NCBI GenBank assembly: GCA_965205015.1
Contig: OZ242029.1
Location: 2,432,001 to 2,496,000, forward strand
Source of the DNA: Candidatus Poribacteria bacterium
GTDB taxonomy: Bacteria > Poribacteria > WGA-4E > WGA-3G
Direction: 5' to 3'
Length of the DNA: 64,000 nt
The notes beneath the pieces were generated by a model that saw only the letters and a list, made by a program, of their open reading frames with translations, was not told where the DNA came from and did not search any database. Made by a program: the position numbers and the translations under genes. This document shows, in pieces, positions 37,577 to 47,439 of the stretch; position 1 is the stretch's first letter, and each line of letters begins with the position of its first letter.

Positions 37577-38380
37577 TTAACTAACCTGACCAATGTACAA
37601 GATATGCGCAGCCATATCCACGATAGCAGGTTCTATCGCCGTCTCCAGGACTAACTCGACCCAACGTTCCCACTTTGCTGGGTCTGCTGCCACCGTGTTG
37701 GTAGCTTCCGGTAATCCCGTTGAGAGTCCCTCACACCCCACCATTTCCAGTGTGATTAACCCACACGCTTCAGCGAGCTGCTGAAGTTCAGAAGCCCGAA
37801 AAAAATGCCATAGGCTATCTTGAACGAGGTTGTTTCCTTTTCCTTCTTTTATTAACTTCCAGTACTCGGGCATTATCAGTTCTTGACTTACACGACTGAG
37901 AACCGTCCGCAGCATTGCGAAATAACCTACAACGGCAATACAGACGAGTGCCCCAGGTTTGGCAACCCGAACCAATTCAGAGGTTGCTTGAATTCGCTCG
38001 GTTTCATCACTGATACATGTGAGTGGACCACCCAAGCATAGCACTGCATCAAAATCATTCGTGTTAAAATCTGAAAGGTCCCGTATATCCCCAACAATTG
38101 ACGCGATCAATCGGCTCGAAACGGATTTCGGTTCTAACTTGATTTTTTCTTCAGCAAAAGCCGTGTATGTTGGGTCAATATCTAAAAGGACGACATCATA
38201 GCCTGCCCGACAAAGTTCGAGCGTATAACGCCCTGGTCCGCCGCCTGCATCTAAAATCTTACCTGTTTCAGGAAGGTGTTTCCGAAGGTAATGCATCGTG
38301 ACCAAGAACTCCAGCGAGTTATAAGCATCCTTCACCAGACGATTCCATTCACCCATTTCGACTTCATTTTCTTTTTTCAT
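37577..38380 (-). CDS. Class I SAM-dependent methyltransferase
   Basis: ILDAGGGPGRY, FDAVLCLGGPL, RVAKPG; start uncertain. Confidence 0.85.
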   Translation of the reverse strand: MKKENEVEMGEWNRLVKDAYNSLEFLVTMHYLRKHLPETGKILDAGGGPGRYTLELCRAGYDVVLLDIDPTYTAFAEEKIKLEPKSVSSRLIASIVGDIRDLSDFNTNDFDAVLCLGGPLTCISDETERIQATSELVRVAKPGALVCIAVVGYFAMLRTVLSRVSQELIMPEYWKLIKEGKGNNLVQDSLWHFFRASELQQLAEACGLITLEMVGCEGLSTGLPEATNTVAADPAKWERWVELVLETAIEPAIVDMAAHILYIGQVS

Positions 38381-38621
38381 CAATTCTATCCCCGTCGTTA
38401 GTGTCCAGTGACTCATTTCAGTTAGGGCAAGGATCCTCAGAAACCTGTCCAATAGTTTGAATCCTATATAGTTTTAAAAATTCGTAATTTTTCCGCTTGT
38501 TCTCACACGATAAAGCGTGATAAAATAGCCGATACGTTTTCAGAACCGCCTTCGCATTGAATTACACAATAAGGATACACGAATACCAAAGGACTCTTCA
38601 AAGAGGACAGGAGCCTCACAA

Positions 38622-39374
38622 ATGGCACAACAAGACGCAATAGAACATCTCGAGACATTCGGTTATTGCTTGATTGAGGATGCGATTCCTGTTGCACAAG
38701 CGGATGCGATGGCGGAGAAGTATTTCCAACTCCACCGAGACCCTGCAAATCGCGACACTTTTCAGGATCCCAATGATGAACTGTATCAGACCCTGTTCGG
38801 TGTAGTCAATCTCGATGAGATGTGTTGGGAGTGCATCGCACATCCACAGGTGCTGCAGGTCGTCCGCCATTTTCTCGGTGATACCGTCAGACTCGGTGAG
38901 GCGTGTACGAAATGGGTTAAACCGCGTGCCCCGCAGGGCGGCATCCATTCCGATTCGACGCACGACTTGCCTGCGCGCCTACCTGAAACACCGTGGATGA
39001 TTAATTCAATCTGGATGATAACGGACTTTACCGTTGAGAACGGTGCGACACTCGTTGTGCCATTCAGCCATCGCGCACGGCGTAGACCTTCAGCATCCGA
39101 TATTGCCGAGAGCCATCCAGTGCCTGTCTGCGGACGACGCGGTTCCGTACTATTGTGGCACGGTGGCACGTGGCACGGGCAGGGTCCCAACACAACCGAC
39201 GACCAGCACCGCATGGCGTTGAATATCGCCTACTACCCGCCTTGGTGGAATCTCATGCGTGAGGGCGGTCACCAACCTGTTTTCCCAGAGACGTTTACGC
39301 GTATGCCAGAGGACCTCCAAGCACTCGTCCGCCACAAGGTTGCGAAACGGCGTGCAGATATCTATGAGTTCTAA
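38622..39374 (+). CDS. PhyH-family Fe(II)/2-oxoglutarate dioxygenase
   Basis: HSD...H facial triad, DFTVENGAT..VPFSH. Confidence 0.9.
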   Translation: MAQQDAIEHLETFGYCLIEDAIPVAQADAMAEKYFQLHRDPANRDTFQDPNDELYQTLFGVVNLDEMCWECIAHPQVLQVVRHFLGDTVRLGEACTKWVKPRAPQGGIHSDSTHDLPARLPETPWMINSIWMITDFTVENGATLVVPFSHRARRRPSASDIAESHPVPVCGRRGSVLLWHGGTWHGQGPNTTDDQHRMALNIAYYPPWWNLMREGGHQPVFPETFTRMPEDLQALVRHKVAKRRADIYEF

Positions 39375-39392
39375 TCTAACCAAACGCTCGCG

Positions 39393-39869
39393 TTATTGTT
39401 GCGATGCAGCCCTGAGAATGGCTTTGGTAGCGTCCGAAATGTTAAGCGTTGTGAACGCCGCATCGGACAACGCAACCAAATAGTACGCTTGATGTTCGGT
39501 GGGATTAATTTTGATCTTACCGTCCCCGACCTCAACAATAAAGTTGAAATGTCTCGTTTTTTTACCGGAACTGGATCTGTAATCAAAGGATCCGAGATAT
39601 TCACAGATTGCTGTTACAATAAGTCCCGTCTCTTCTTGCACTTCCCGTGCGAGCGCGGTGAGTAGGTCCTCCCCCATCTCCACGGTACCACTCGGAATTT
39701 CAACGAATCCACCCATGAAATCAGATAGCACTCGTTCTAAAAGCAAGAACTTGTTATTTTTCGAGATTACCGCGCCCACTACCAGTTTTTGCACGCCGTC
39801 TTTTTGAGCATCAGTGAGCAATTGCTGAATAGTCGTATGGTCAATGTTTGACTGCATATTGTGGTTCAT
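39393..39869 (-). CDS. NUDIX hydrolase
   Basis: GTVEMGEDLLTALAREVQEETGL Nudix box. Confidence 0.9.
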   Translation of the reverse strand: MNHNMQSNIDHTTIQQLLTDAQKDGVQKLVVGAVISKNNKFLLLERVLSDFMGGFVEIPSGTVEMGEDLLTALAREVQEETGLIVTAICEYLGSFDYRSSSGKKTRHFNFIVEVGDGKIKINPTEHQAYYLVALSDAAFTTLNISDATKAILRAASQQ

Positions 39870-41119
39870 TTCACGCGTTGTCCGGCTTGGAACACCGCTT
39901 TTACTCGGCTGAACGCATCTACATCGTCTGTCGGATCGCCTTCAAACGCAACGAGATCGGCGATTTTGCCCGGTGCGATCGTCCCAATCTCATCCGCCAT
40001 CCCGATTGCCTCGGCAGAAATACGGGTCGCTGAGATGAGTGCTTCCGCAGGCGTAAACCCGACTTGAACGAGTAGCTGCAAATCGTAGTCGAGATGCCCG
40101 AATGCGAGATTGCCAACCCCTGAATCCGTGCCGGGAACAATCCGCTCACGAAGGTCGTAGTCAAGCATACGTCGCATCACATCAAGGCGTACTTCCGCCC
40201 GCGTTTCAAGTCCTTGCAATTCGGTTACTTCGTCAGGCGAAATGGTATCCGTGTCCCGTTTCGCACGGAGTTCAACAATGCGGGGATAACCCGTCCACGC
40301 TTGAAGAGTCGGGCTAATCCAGATACCAGACTCAACCATCATCTCGGCAATTTTGGGATCGAACCGGAGTTCACCGTCTGGGTCGAGGAATTCCGCATGC
40401 TCCATCAAGTCAATGCCTGCCTCAACTGCCCGCACCATCGATTCCTTTGCGCGGCAATGCGCCACCGTGAGCCGATGGAAGTGGTGTGCCTCGTGAACAG
40501 CGGCGTGCAACTCGGCGACAGAGTAACTGGCGCGTCCCGGAATCGTTCCGGCGGTTCCCCCACCCGATGCCATAATTTTGATGTAATCCGCGCCTTCGTG
40601 AACCAAGCGGCGAACGGAGCGTCGCATCTCGGCTTCGCCGTCTGCTGTTTCGTTACACATGTGGAAGTGCCCGCCTGTGCAAGTGATCGGTCGTCCGCTC
40701 ACCAAGGTGCGAGGACCGGGAATATAACCGCGTTCAAGCCCCTCCTTGAGTGTGAAGCCTACCTTGTTCCTCGCACCGTGTTCGCGAAGAGTCGTAATCC
40801 CTGCGGCGAGATGGCGTTGTAGATTCATCGCACCGGTCAGCACCATCATCTCATCGGTTTCTGAAAACATCTGAACGTAGTTTCGACCATCGCCTGCGAG
40901 ACTCAGATGTGTATGCCCATCAATGAGTCCCGGTGCGAGACACGCATCACCGAGGTCAACGATTTGTGCGTCAGGTGGTGTCCGTTTCGCAATTTCTTCG
41001 TGATGTCCAACGGCATCAATCCGTCCATCGGTCACAAGAATTGCCTGATCGGTTTTAGCGTATGTACTTATCCCATCGACGAGCCGAGCGGCACGGATTT
41101 GAACAGTTTGATTTGGCAT
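39866..41119 (-). CDS. Metal-dependent amidohydrolase (Xaa-Pro dipeptidase-like)
   Basis: PGLIDGHTH, YIKIMASGG, AH, EH, GTDSG, GKIADLV. Confidence 0.9.
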   Translation of the reverse strand: MPNQTVQIRAARLVDGISTYAKTDQAILVTDGRIDAVGHHEEIAKRTPPDAQIVDLGDACLAPGLIDGHTHLSLAGDGRNYVQMFSETDEMMVLTGAMNLQRHLAAGITTLREHGARNKVGFTLKEGLERGYIPGPRTLVSGRPITCTGGHFHMCNETADGEAEMRRSVRRLVHEGADYIKIMASGGGTAGTIPGRASYSVAELHAAVHEAHHFHRLTVAHCRAKESMVRAVEAGIDLMEHAEFLDPDGELRFDPKIAEMMVESGIWISPTLQAWTGYPRIVELRAKRDTDTISPDEVTELQGLETRAEVRLDVMRRMLDYDLRERIVPGTDSGVGNLAFGHLDYDLQLLVQVGFTPAEALISATRISAEAIGMADEIGTIAPGKIADLVAFEGDPTDDVDAFSRVKAVFQAGQRVK

Positions 41120-41150
41120 AAATCCGACTCCTTTAGGTGCTGTGCTGATC

Positions 41151-41993
41151 TCAGACTTTCACAACGAACTCACATCCCTGTTGAAACCATTCCCGCAGGA
41201 TGGTATCTTCGTTACAAGTTCGTTTCGCCTGCGAACCTGTCGCCTGTGAGAGGTCTATTGTTGACGAAACGATGTCATCCCCGAAAAACCCAGCCTCTCT
41301 GATGACGTTGCCATCTGGATGCACGATCTTCGAGTTGCCATGCGATGATCCGGGTGAGCGGATGTCATCAGGGTTTGCGGGTGTATTCGCCATCAGGAGA
41401 TAGATACCGTTTTCCGTCGCACGTGAGATCGGCATAGCGCGGTAGGCGGAGAGTTTATACTCCGATAGTAATCCCGCTTCGCACGAACAGAAGATACAGA
41501 GTTGTGCCCCCATCGCCGCGGGTAGTTTAACCAACTCTGGGTAGCGGACATCGTGGCAGATGATAAAGCAACACGCAACGCCAGCGAGTTCCACAATCGG
41601 TAGCGGACCGCGATTGTTCGTGCACCACTTTTCCCCCGCGAGAAAGGTTTTGCCGTAACGATATTTGAGGGTCCCTTGTTGGTCAAAAATAGCGAGGTCG
41701 TTGTGCCAGTTATCTCCATCGTGATGTGCCGATCCAACGACAACAGCTATCCCGTGCCGACGCGCCGCTTCGGCAATTTTTGCCTCAGCCTCTTTAAAAA
41801 CCTGTGGCGAGATGTGTTCCCAATAATCCGTCCGGCAGCAGTAGCCGAACAGACATCCTTCGGGGAACGCTGCAATCTGAATCTCCAGTTCTGCACACGC
41901 TTCGATCTGCTGAAGCACTTTTGCAGTGTTGGTGGATACGTCTTCGCTTGTGAGCAATTGACACGCCGCGACTTTAATCTGGTTATTAGCCAT
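41151..41993 (-). CDS. Carbon-nitrogen hydrolase
   Basis: FPE, YGK, ICHDVRYPE. Confidence 0.9.
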   Translation of the reverse strand: MANNQIKVAACQLLTSEDVSTNTAKVLQQIEACAELEIQIAAFPEGCLFGYCCRTDYWEHISPQVFKEAEAKIAEAARRHGIAVVVGSAHHDGDNWHNDLAIFDQQGTLKYRYGKTFLAGEKWCTNNRGPLPIVELAGVACCFIICHDVRYPELVKLPAAMGAQLCIFCSCEAGLLSEYKLSAYRAMPISRATENGIYLLMANTPANPDDIRSPGSSHGNSKIVHPDGNVIREAGFFGDDIVSSTIDLSQATGSQAKRTCNEDTILREWFQQGCEFVVKV

Positions 41994-42081
41994 CTGAGTG
42001 CCTCCCTTCTATTTCTGTTATTATAGCATACCTATCTGTTCGATTCAAGCATCGCTGACGTCTACAAAACACGAAAACCAA

Positions 42082-42110
42082 TTGACAGGTACCGATCAAT
42101 TTGATATAAA
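42082..42110 (+). promoter_or_regulatory. Sigma70 promoter
   Basis: TTGACA-N17-TATAAA upstream of 42218. Confidence 0.65.
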
Positions 42111-42217
42111 GAAGCAGTGAGTCATCGGCAATTAGCAAGAAAGATTCCGTCAGCGGGCCCACTAACAGTCATCGGAAACCGAAGGAAACTGATAGCCAAT
42201 ATTAGGAGGAAGGCATT

Positions 42218-43378
42218 ATGAAAATTACTGACATCAAACCGTATCCTGTTTGGGTAGGACACAGAAATCAACACATCGTCAAAGTGGAGACCGATGAAGG
42301 TATCTATGGATGGGGCGAATCTGGACTTTCGAGTCGAGAATTGGCTGTCGCGGGAGCGGTTAAACACTATCGTGAATTTCTGATTGGGCGCGATCCGATG
42401 CGGATCGGGGGACTGTGGCAGGAGATGTACCGGAGCCAGTATTTTGAGGGGGGTCGGGCATTAACAGGCGCGATCTCGGCGATCGACATCGCACTCCACG
42501 ATATTGTTGGGAAGGCGTTGAACGTACCGGTTTATCAACTGCTCGGTGGAAAGCAACGCGACGCTGTCCCGTGCTTTGCAACGACGGGTGCCGCGACAGT
42601 TGAGGAACTCATCGCGAACGCGAATTTATTGCTTGAGAACGGATGGAACGTCATCCGAACAAACGTCCTGCATCGTGCGAAACCAGGCGAGGAAAACATC
42701 TTTGAACCCCGCGAATCCATCAGTCTCGCGGCGGAGTGGTTGACGGCACTCCGAGAAGCCATCGGATCTGAACCCGTCCTCGGTATCGACTATCATCACC
42801 GGCTCAGCGTTGCGGAGGCGGCATCCTTCTGTCAACGTATGCCCTCTGGTACGCTCGATTTTTTGGAGGAGCCGATCCGAGATGAGACCCCCGAGGCGTA
42901 TGAATCACTACGGACGATGGTCGATGTCCCCTTCGCGATTGGCGAGGAATTTTCCAGTAAGTGGCAGTTTCTCCCGTATCTGGAGCGCGGCATCACGAAC
43001 TTCGCCCGACTTGACGTATGCAATGTCGGTGGATTGACGGAATCTGTGAAGGTTGCGGGTTTGGCTGAGGCGCATTATATTGACCTGATGCCTCACAACC
43101 CATTAGGTCCGATATGCACGGCGGCGACGGTTCATCTGGCAGCGGCAGTCCCGAACTTCGCTTGGTTGGAAATCCGAGTCTCTCCCACAGAGAAATCTGG
43201 ACATTATGATGAGGACCTATTTCCTGTGCAACACCAACTCGAAGGGGCAGTTATACCAGTACCCGACGGGCCCGGCTTGGGCGTTGAGGTTGATGAAGCG
43301 CTCGTAACGTCCCAGACCTTCAAATTCGCGGAACCGCCACACCTTCGCCGACGGGACGGATCGCACACCAACTGGTAG
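42218..43378 (+). CDS. Mandelate racemase family sugar-acid dehydratase
   Basis: VETDEGIYGWGE, IDIALHDI.GK, DYH, EEP, GEE, PHNP, PGLG. Confidence 0.9.
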   Translation: MKITDIKPYPVWVGHRNQHIVKVETDEGIYGWGESGLSSRELAVAGAVKHYREFLIGRDPMRIGGLWQEMYRSQYFEGGRALTGAISAIDIALHDIVGKALNVPVYQLLGGKQRDAVPCFATTGAATVEELIANANLLLENGWNVIRTNVLHRAKPGEENIFEPRESISLAAEWLTALREAIGSEPVLGIDYHHRLSVAEAASFCQRMPSGTLDFLEEPIRDETPEAYESLRTMVDVPFAIGEEFSSKWQFLPYLERGITNFARLDVCNVGGLTESVKVAGLAEAHYIDLMPHNPLGPICTAATVHLAAAVPNFAWLEIRVSPTEKSGHYDEDLFPVQHQLEGAVIPVPDGPGLGVEVDEALVTSQTFKFAEPPHLRRRDGSHTNW

Positions 43379-43517
43379 CGGATCAAACCAGACCTATGTC
43401 CTATGTAGCGAGGATAATTTGCAGGGTTAGATTTCTCTTAACTATTCGCATGAAGTATGTTATACTGTACACAATATTTTTAAAAATTAGGACAAGACAC
43501 ACCTCACGCCCGTCGTA

Positions 43518-43796
43518 ATGGAATTTGAATGGGACGAACAGAAAAATCAAGAATGTATCCAAAAACGTGGAATTAGTTTCAAACGCGCTTCGCTCGTTTT
43601 TAATGATCCTGATCGGATAGAGCGCGTAGATGTTCGATACGACTACGGCGAAGAAAGAATCGTTGTCCTTGGTCGAAGCGCGGGTCGTCTCTTGTATGTG
43701 GTTTATACATGGCGCGGCAACACGCGTCGTATTATTTCAGCAAGGAAGGCAACTAAAAATGAAAGACAAATCTACTTTAGTCAAATACACCCGTGA
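43518..43796 (+). CDS. brnT: BrnT-family ribonuclease toxin
   Basis: MEFEWDEQKN...GISF...GEER...RIISARKA. Confidence 0.92.
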   Translation: MEFEWDEQKNQECIQKRGISFKRASLVFNDPDRIERVDVRYDYGEERIVVLGRSAGRLLYVVYTWRGNTRRIISARKATKNERQIYFSQIHP

Positions 43797-44082
43797 AGAA
43801 CTTGGACAGGTTACCGATGAAACGGATTGGGAGAAAGTCGATGCAATGACCGATGAGGAAGTTTATCAGGACGCGCTTAATGATAAAGATGCCCAACCTA
43901 CCGATGAAACTTTTTGGAAAACCGCACCTCTCCCTTCACACTTTACAGGTATCGATCAGGATATCTTAAAGTGGTTCAAAGCCCGGGACGTTGATTACGA
44001 AGCACAAATTAACACCGTGCTCCGGTCATACATGGAAGCAAACAGACAGGGAGACACATCAAATGAAAACACAAACGATTAG
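43759..44082 (+). CDS. brnA: BrnA-family antitoxin
   Basis: TDWEKV..M.DEE...IDQDILKWFK....YEAQINTVLRSYM; overlaps brnT. Confidence 0.85.
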   Translation: MKDKSTLVKYTREELGQVTDETDWEKVDAMTDEEVYQDALNDKDAQPTDETFWKTAPLPSHFTGIDQDILKWFKARDVDYEAQINTVLRSYMEANRQGDTSNENTND

Positions 44083-44992
44083 GTATGGAAAAAACGGTGG
44101 GGTCGAGATCATTGATGTTGATGTATCTGATCCGCAGGGGGGTGAAGTTCAGGTTCAGAGTGCCGCCTGTGGGGTCTGTGCATGGGACTTAGCCACCTTT
44201 CGATATGGTGGCACGGCACCACCCGGTCACGAAGGTGTCGGCTATGTCACAAAAGTTGGACGTGGTGTCCAGGATATTGAGGAAGGGATGCGTGTTACAG
44301 GGCAAGGGTTGGGATTTGACGGTATTAAGAACTGCACAGCCGACCGTATGTATGTCCTCCCAGAATCAGACCTTGCAGACGAGTATTGGATTGTTGAGCC
44401 GGTTTCATGCGTTGTAACAGGGCTGGATACTGCACCTCTGCTACCCGCCGACAACGTTGCAGTGATTGGGTGTGGTTTTATGGGACTTATGTTTGTCCAG
44501 GCACTGAGCCAATTCTACACGAACGATCTTATCGCCATTGATATTGTCGAAGACCGGCTGAAATTGGCGAAATCACTCGGTGCTCAATTCGCATATAATC
44601 CAACGGAAATTGATGCCGCCGAACTGGTGTCAGAATTGAAGGGACGTCCAATTGACGTGGTGTTCGACTGCTCCGGCAAACCGCAAGGGTTGAATCTCTC
44701 AACGAAGATTGTCCGTAGGGGTGGACATATCAATCTTTTCGGTTGGATTCGAGAGGAAGTAACAATCAATGGTTCTGAGTGGCATGGCGGTGGGTTTAAT
44801 TTGGTGAGTTCGTCACCGGGCGCGAAGATACGGGACACGTTTCCACCAGCGATTCGGCTCCTCGAGCGTGGTCACATCGACCTCAGACCGCTTGTAACGC
44901 ACATCGTCCCGCTTGCGGAGTATCCCGCACTCCTTGAAGAAGCAACGGGTGGAGACGGCAGTTACATCAAAGGTGTGGTGAAAGTGACATAA
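44063..44992 (+). CDS. Zinc-binding (MDR) dehydrogenase
   Basis: CGVC..D, GHEG.G, EP, GCGFMG, DVVFDCSG. Confidence 0.9.
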   Translation: MKTQTIRYGKNGGVEIIDVDVSDPQGGEVQVQSAACGVCAWDLATFRYGGTAPPGHEGVGYVTKVGRGVQDIEEGMRVTGQGLGFDGIKNCTADRMYVLPESDLADEYWIVEPVSCVVTGLDTAPLLPADNVAVIGCGFMGLMFVQALSQFYTNDLIAIDIVEDRLKLAKSLGAQFAYNPTEIDAAELVSELKGRPIDVVFDCSGKPQGLNLSTKIVRRGGHINLFGWIREEVTINGSEWHGGGFNLVSSSPGAKIRDTFPPAIRLLERGHIDLRPLVTHIVPLAEYPALLEEATGGDGSYIKGVVKVT

Positions 44993-45114
44993 GAGAACGT
45001 GCGTTCCGTAGCGGGCGCGGTTTTCTTAACAACTCAAAGCACGGGGGTGCCTACACCCAAAACGGCGCGTCGTCGCCCGTGCTTCCCTATAGTTGCCCGA
45101 AGGCGGTATGCTTC

Positions 45115-46242
45115 CTATCCAAACAAATATTTCTCCACAACATCTTCGCGCACCGTGACACCCAGTCCCGGAACATCTCGGATAGCGACATACCCATCCT
45201 CTTGGACCCACGGATCGCTGACCAATTCATGCTGCATCGGGGATTCATGGGGTTTAAAATCCGTACAATCCGCATGCGGTGAACTCGCGAGCATGTGCAG
45301 ACTCGCCGCCGTGTTTAAGGCACTGCTCCATGAATGCGCACTGAACAGTAGGTTCTCCGCCTCAACGAGTTTGATGACGTGCCGACTGCCGGTAAGCCCG
45401 TGGCAACGCCCCGGATCAATTTGGACGATATCGACACCCCCCGACTGGATAAGCCGTTTGTAACTTTCGACATCCCACTCATCTTCACCTGTACCGATAG
45501 GCGTCATAACTGCTGATCGCAGTTGGGCGTAGGCTTCAAAGTTTTGGGGAGGCAGGGGTTGCTCAATCCATTTGAGTCGATAGGGTTCGAGGGCCCGGAA
45601 GCGTTGAATCGCTGTCGGGACATCCCAAATACGGCGGTGACCGGGGGTATCAATGACCAGTTCCAGTTCGTCTCCAATCACTTCACGCACACGACGAATC
45701 ATCTCAATGTCACGTTGGCGGTCGAGACCGAAGACTGCCTCGGGTCGCATCCCCCAACCGCCTTTGACGACGCGGTAGTCTTGCTCTCGCAACCACCGAA
45801 ATTCGTTGAGCGTCCAGTCCAGATCTTCCATATCGAAGATGATGGATGCCATTGCGACGATTTTGTCGTGAAGTTGACCCCCAAGGAGTTGGCAAACAGG
45901 TAAACCGAGTGCCTTGCCCTTTAAGTCCCATAACGCCATATCCACAGCACTAACAGCGAATGCGGCAATGCCTTCAGGACCATACCACCAGATATGGTCG
46001 AGCATTTTATGCCAGTGCCGTTCCACATCCAAAGCATCTTCACCCGTAAGCATCGGTGCAAATCCCTGATCGATAATTATCTGTGTTGCAAGTGTCGCCT
46101 CTCGGAATTGTGAGATACACTCCCCCCAACCCACGAGACCGTCATCGCTTTCCACGCGAGCGAGTGTAATGTAGCGTTCGATACCTTTGTAGTGTGGTTC
46201 CGGGTAAGCAAGCGGAAACGCCTGAATTTTTTGAATTTTCAT
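45115..46242 (-). CDS. Mandelate racemase/muconate lactonizing family enzyme
   Basis: MKI start, GWGE, VDMALWDLKGK, EQP, GED, PGLG. Confidence 0.9.
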   Translation of the reverse strand: MKIQKIQAFPLAYPEPHYKGIERYITLARVESDDGLVGWGECISQFREATLATQIIIDQGFAPMLTGEDALDVERHWHKMLDHIWWYGPEGIAAFAVSAVDMALWDLKGKALGLPVCQLLGGQLHDKIVAMASIIFDMEDLDWTLNEFRWLREQDYRVVKGGWGMRPEAVFGLDRQRDIEMIRRVREVIGDELELVIDTPGHRRIWDVPTAIQRFRALEPYRLKWIEQPLPPQNFEAYAQLRSAVMTPIGTGEDEWDVESYKRLIQSGGVDIVQIDPGRCHGLTGSRHVIKLVEAENLLFSAHSWSSALNTAASLHMLASSPHADCTDFKPHESPMQHELVSDPWVQEDGYVAIRDVPGLGVTVREDVVEKYLFG

Positions 46243-46443
46243 ATTTTTGATTATGTCCTCCTGGACTGCGCGCCAAATGTAAAGCAAAGACAAATTATGC
46301 CGTTTAAGGAAACCTAATTGCATTACGCATAGGTTTCTGGTTAAGTCGTGACCGGAATTGATGATTTGTCCCGTCAGCAAGACAAATAAGATTTTTCAGT
46401 TACCGGAGATACACAGCAAAGGCAACTATATGAATCCAAGTTA

Positions 46444-47133
46444 CTACTTACAAACTCTGGACACTTCCATATTATTTTTTATTGGTTCTAAGTTCAGCAA
46501 CCCAGACACATCTTCAAGAATCGCATAAGCATTGTAACTTTCAAAAGCCGTTCGTGGCGTAACACCCGAAAGCACAGCAACAAACGCAATACCGGCACGT
46601 CGCGCAGTTTCAGCATCCGTTACGCTATCTCCGACGTAAAGGGCGTTCTGGGGATGGCAATTCATTTCCACAATTGCTGTCAGCAGTCCCTTTGGGCTCG
46701 GCTTGTGTTCGGACACATCCTCTCCACCAATGATAACTTTAAACGGCTCCAGCAATCTCTCTCGCTCCAGAATTGCTTGAATCCGGTAGCGGCCCTTCAG
46801 AGATAAGATACCCAGTTGGATATCAAGCTGCTGCAATGCCTCGACGGTCTCTGGAACATTTGTAAGGAGTACCGAGTTATCAACCATAACCTCATCAGCA
46901 CGTTCAACGAACAGTCGTGTGAAAGCCTCAAGGTATTTGATGTATTTCTTCCCAACCAACATTATAAATGTGTCTGGTAAGGATAAACCAATCGTCCGCC
47001 GAATCGTGGCATCAGCAGCGCTGGGCATCCCGAGGTTGCCAAGCGCGAAGTTGATACACTCAATGACACCAGGTGAAGAGTCTGCCAAGGTATAGTCAAA
47101 GTCGAAGATGATCGCTTGAACCCCTGGTTTCAT
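46444..47133 (-). CDS. HAD-family phosphatase (phosphoglycolate phosphatase-like)
   Basis: FDFDYTL.DS, KP.P, YVGDS..D; start uncertain (47133 or 47265). Confidence 0.85.
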   Translation of the reverse strand: MKPGVQAIIFDFDYTLADSSPGVIECINFALGNLGMPSAADATIRRTIGLSLPDTFIMLVGKKYIKYLEAFTRLFVERADEVMVDNSVLLTNVPETVEALQQLDIQLGILSLKGRYRIQAILERERLLEPFKVIIGGEDVSEHKPSPKGLLTAIVEMNCHPQNALYVGDSVTDAETARRAGIAFVAVLSGVTPRTAFESYNAYAILEDVSGLLNLEPIKNNMEVSRVCK

Positions 47134-47439
47134 CAAAGGTGTCAAGTTGGAAACCGGTGCCTTAAGAGGTTTAGGATTCTCGGAATAGTTTTTAATTTTC
47201 AGGCCATTTTCAACCTTTTTCAGAATATCTGTTTTTGATATAGGCTTTAGTGTAGTGAAGTGCATAATTACCTCCAGAGTTGGACCCCCCTAGAATTAAA
47301 AACTATAATTATACACAACTTTCTGGCATAAGTCAAATTTTGTTTGACTTAGCGGTCCTCAAAAGGATTTTTCAAGTGCTTTCCTCACCCCGTAGGCGTG
47401 CTATGTGTATAAATAACTGGCAACTTGCGTTATATTATA

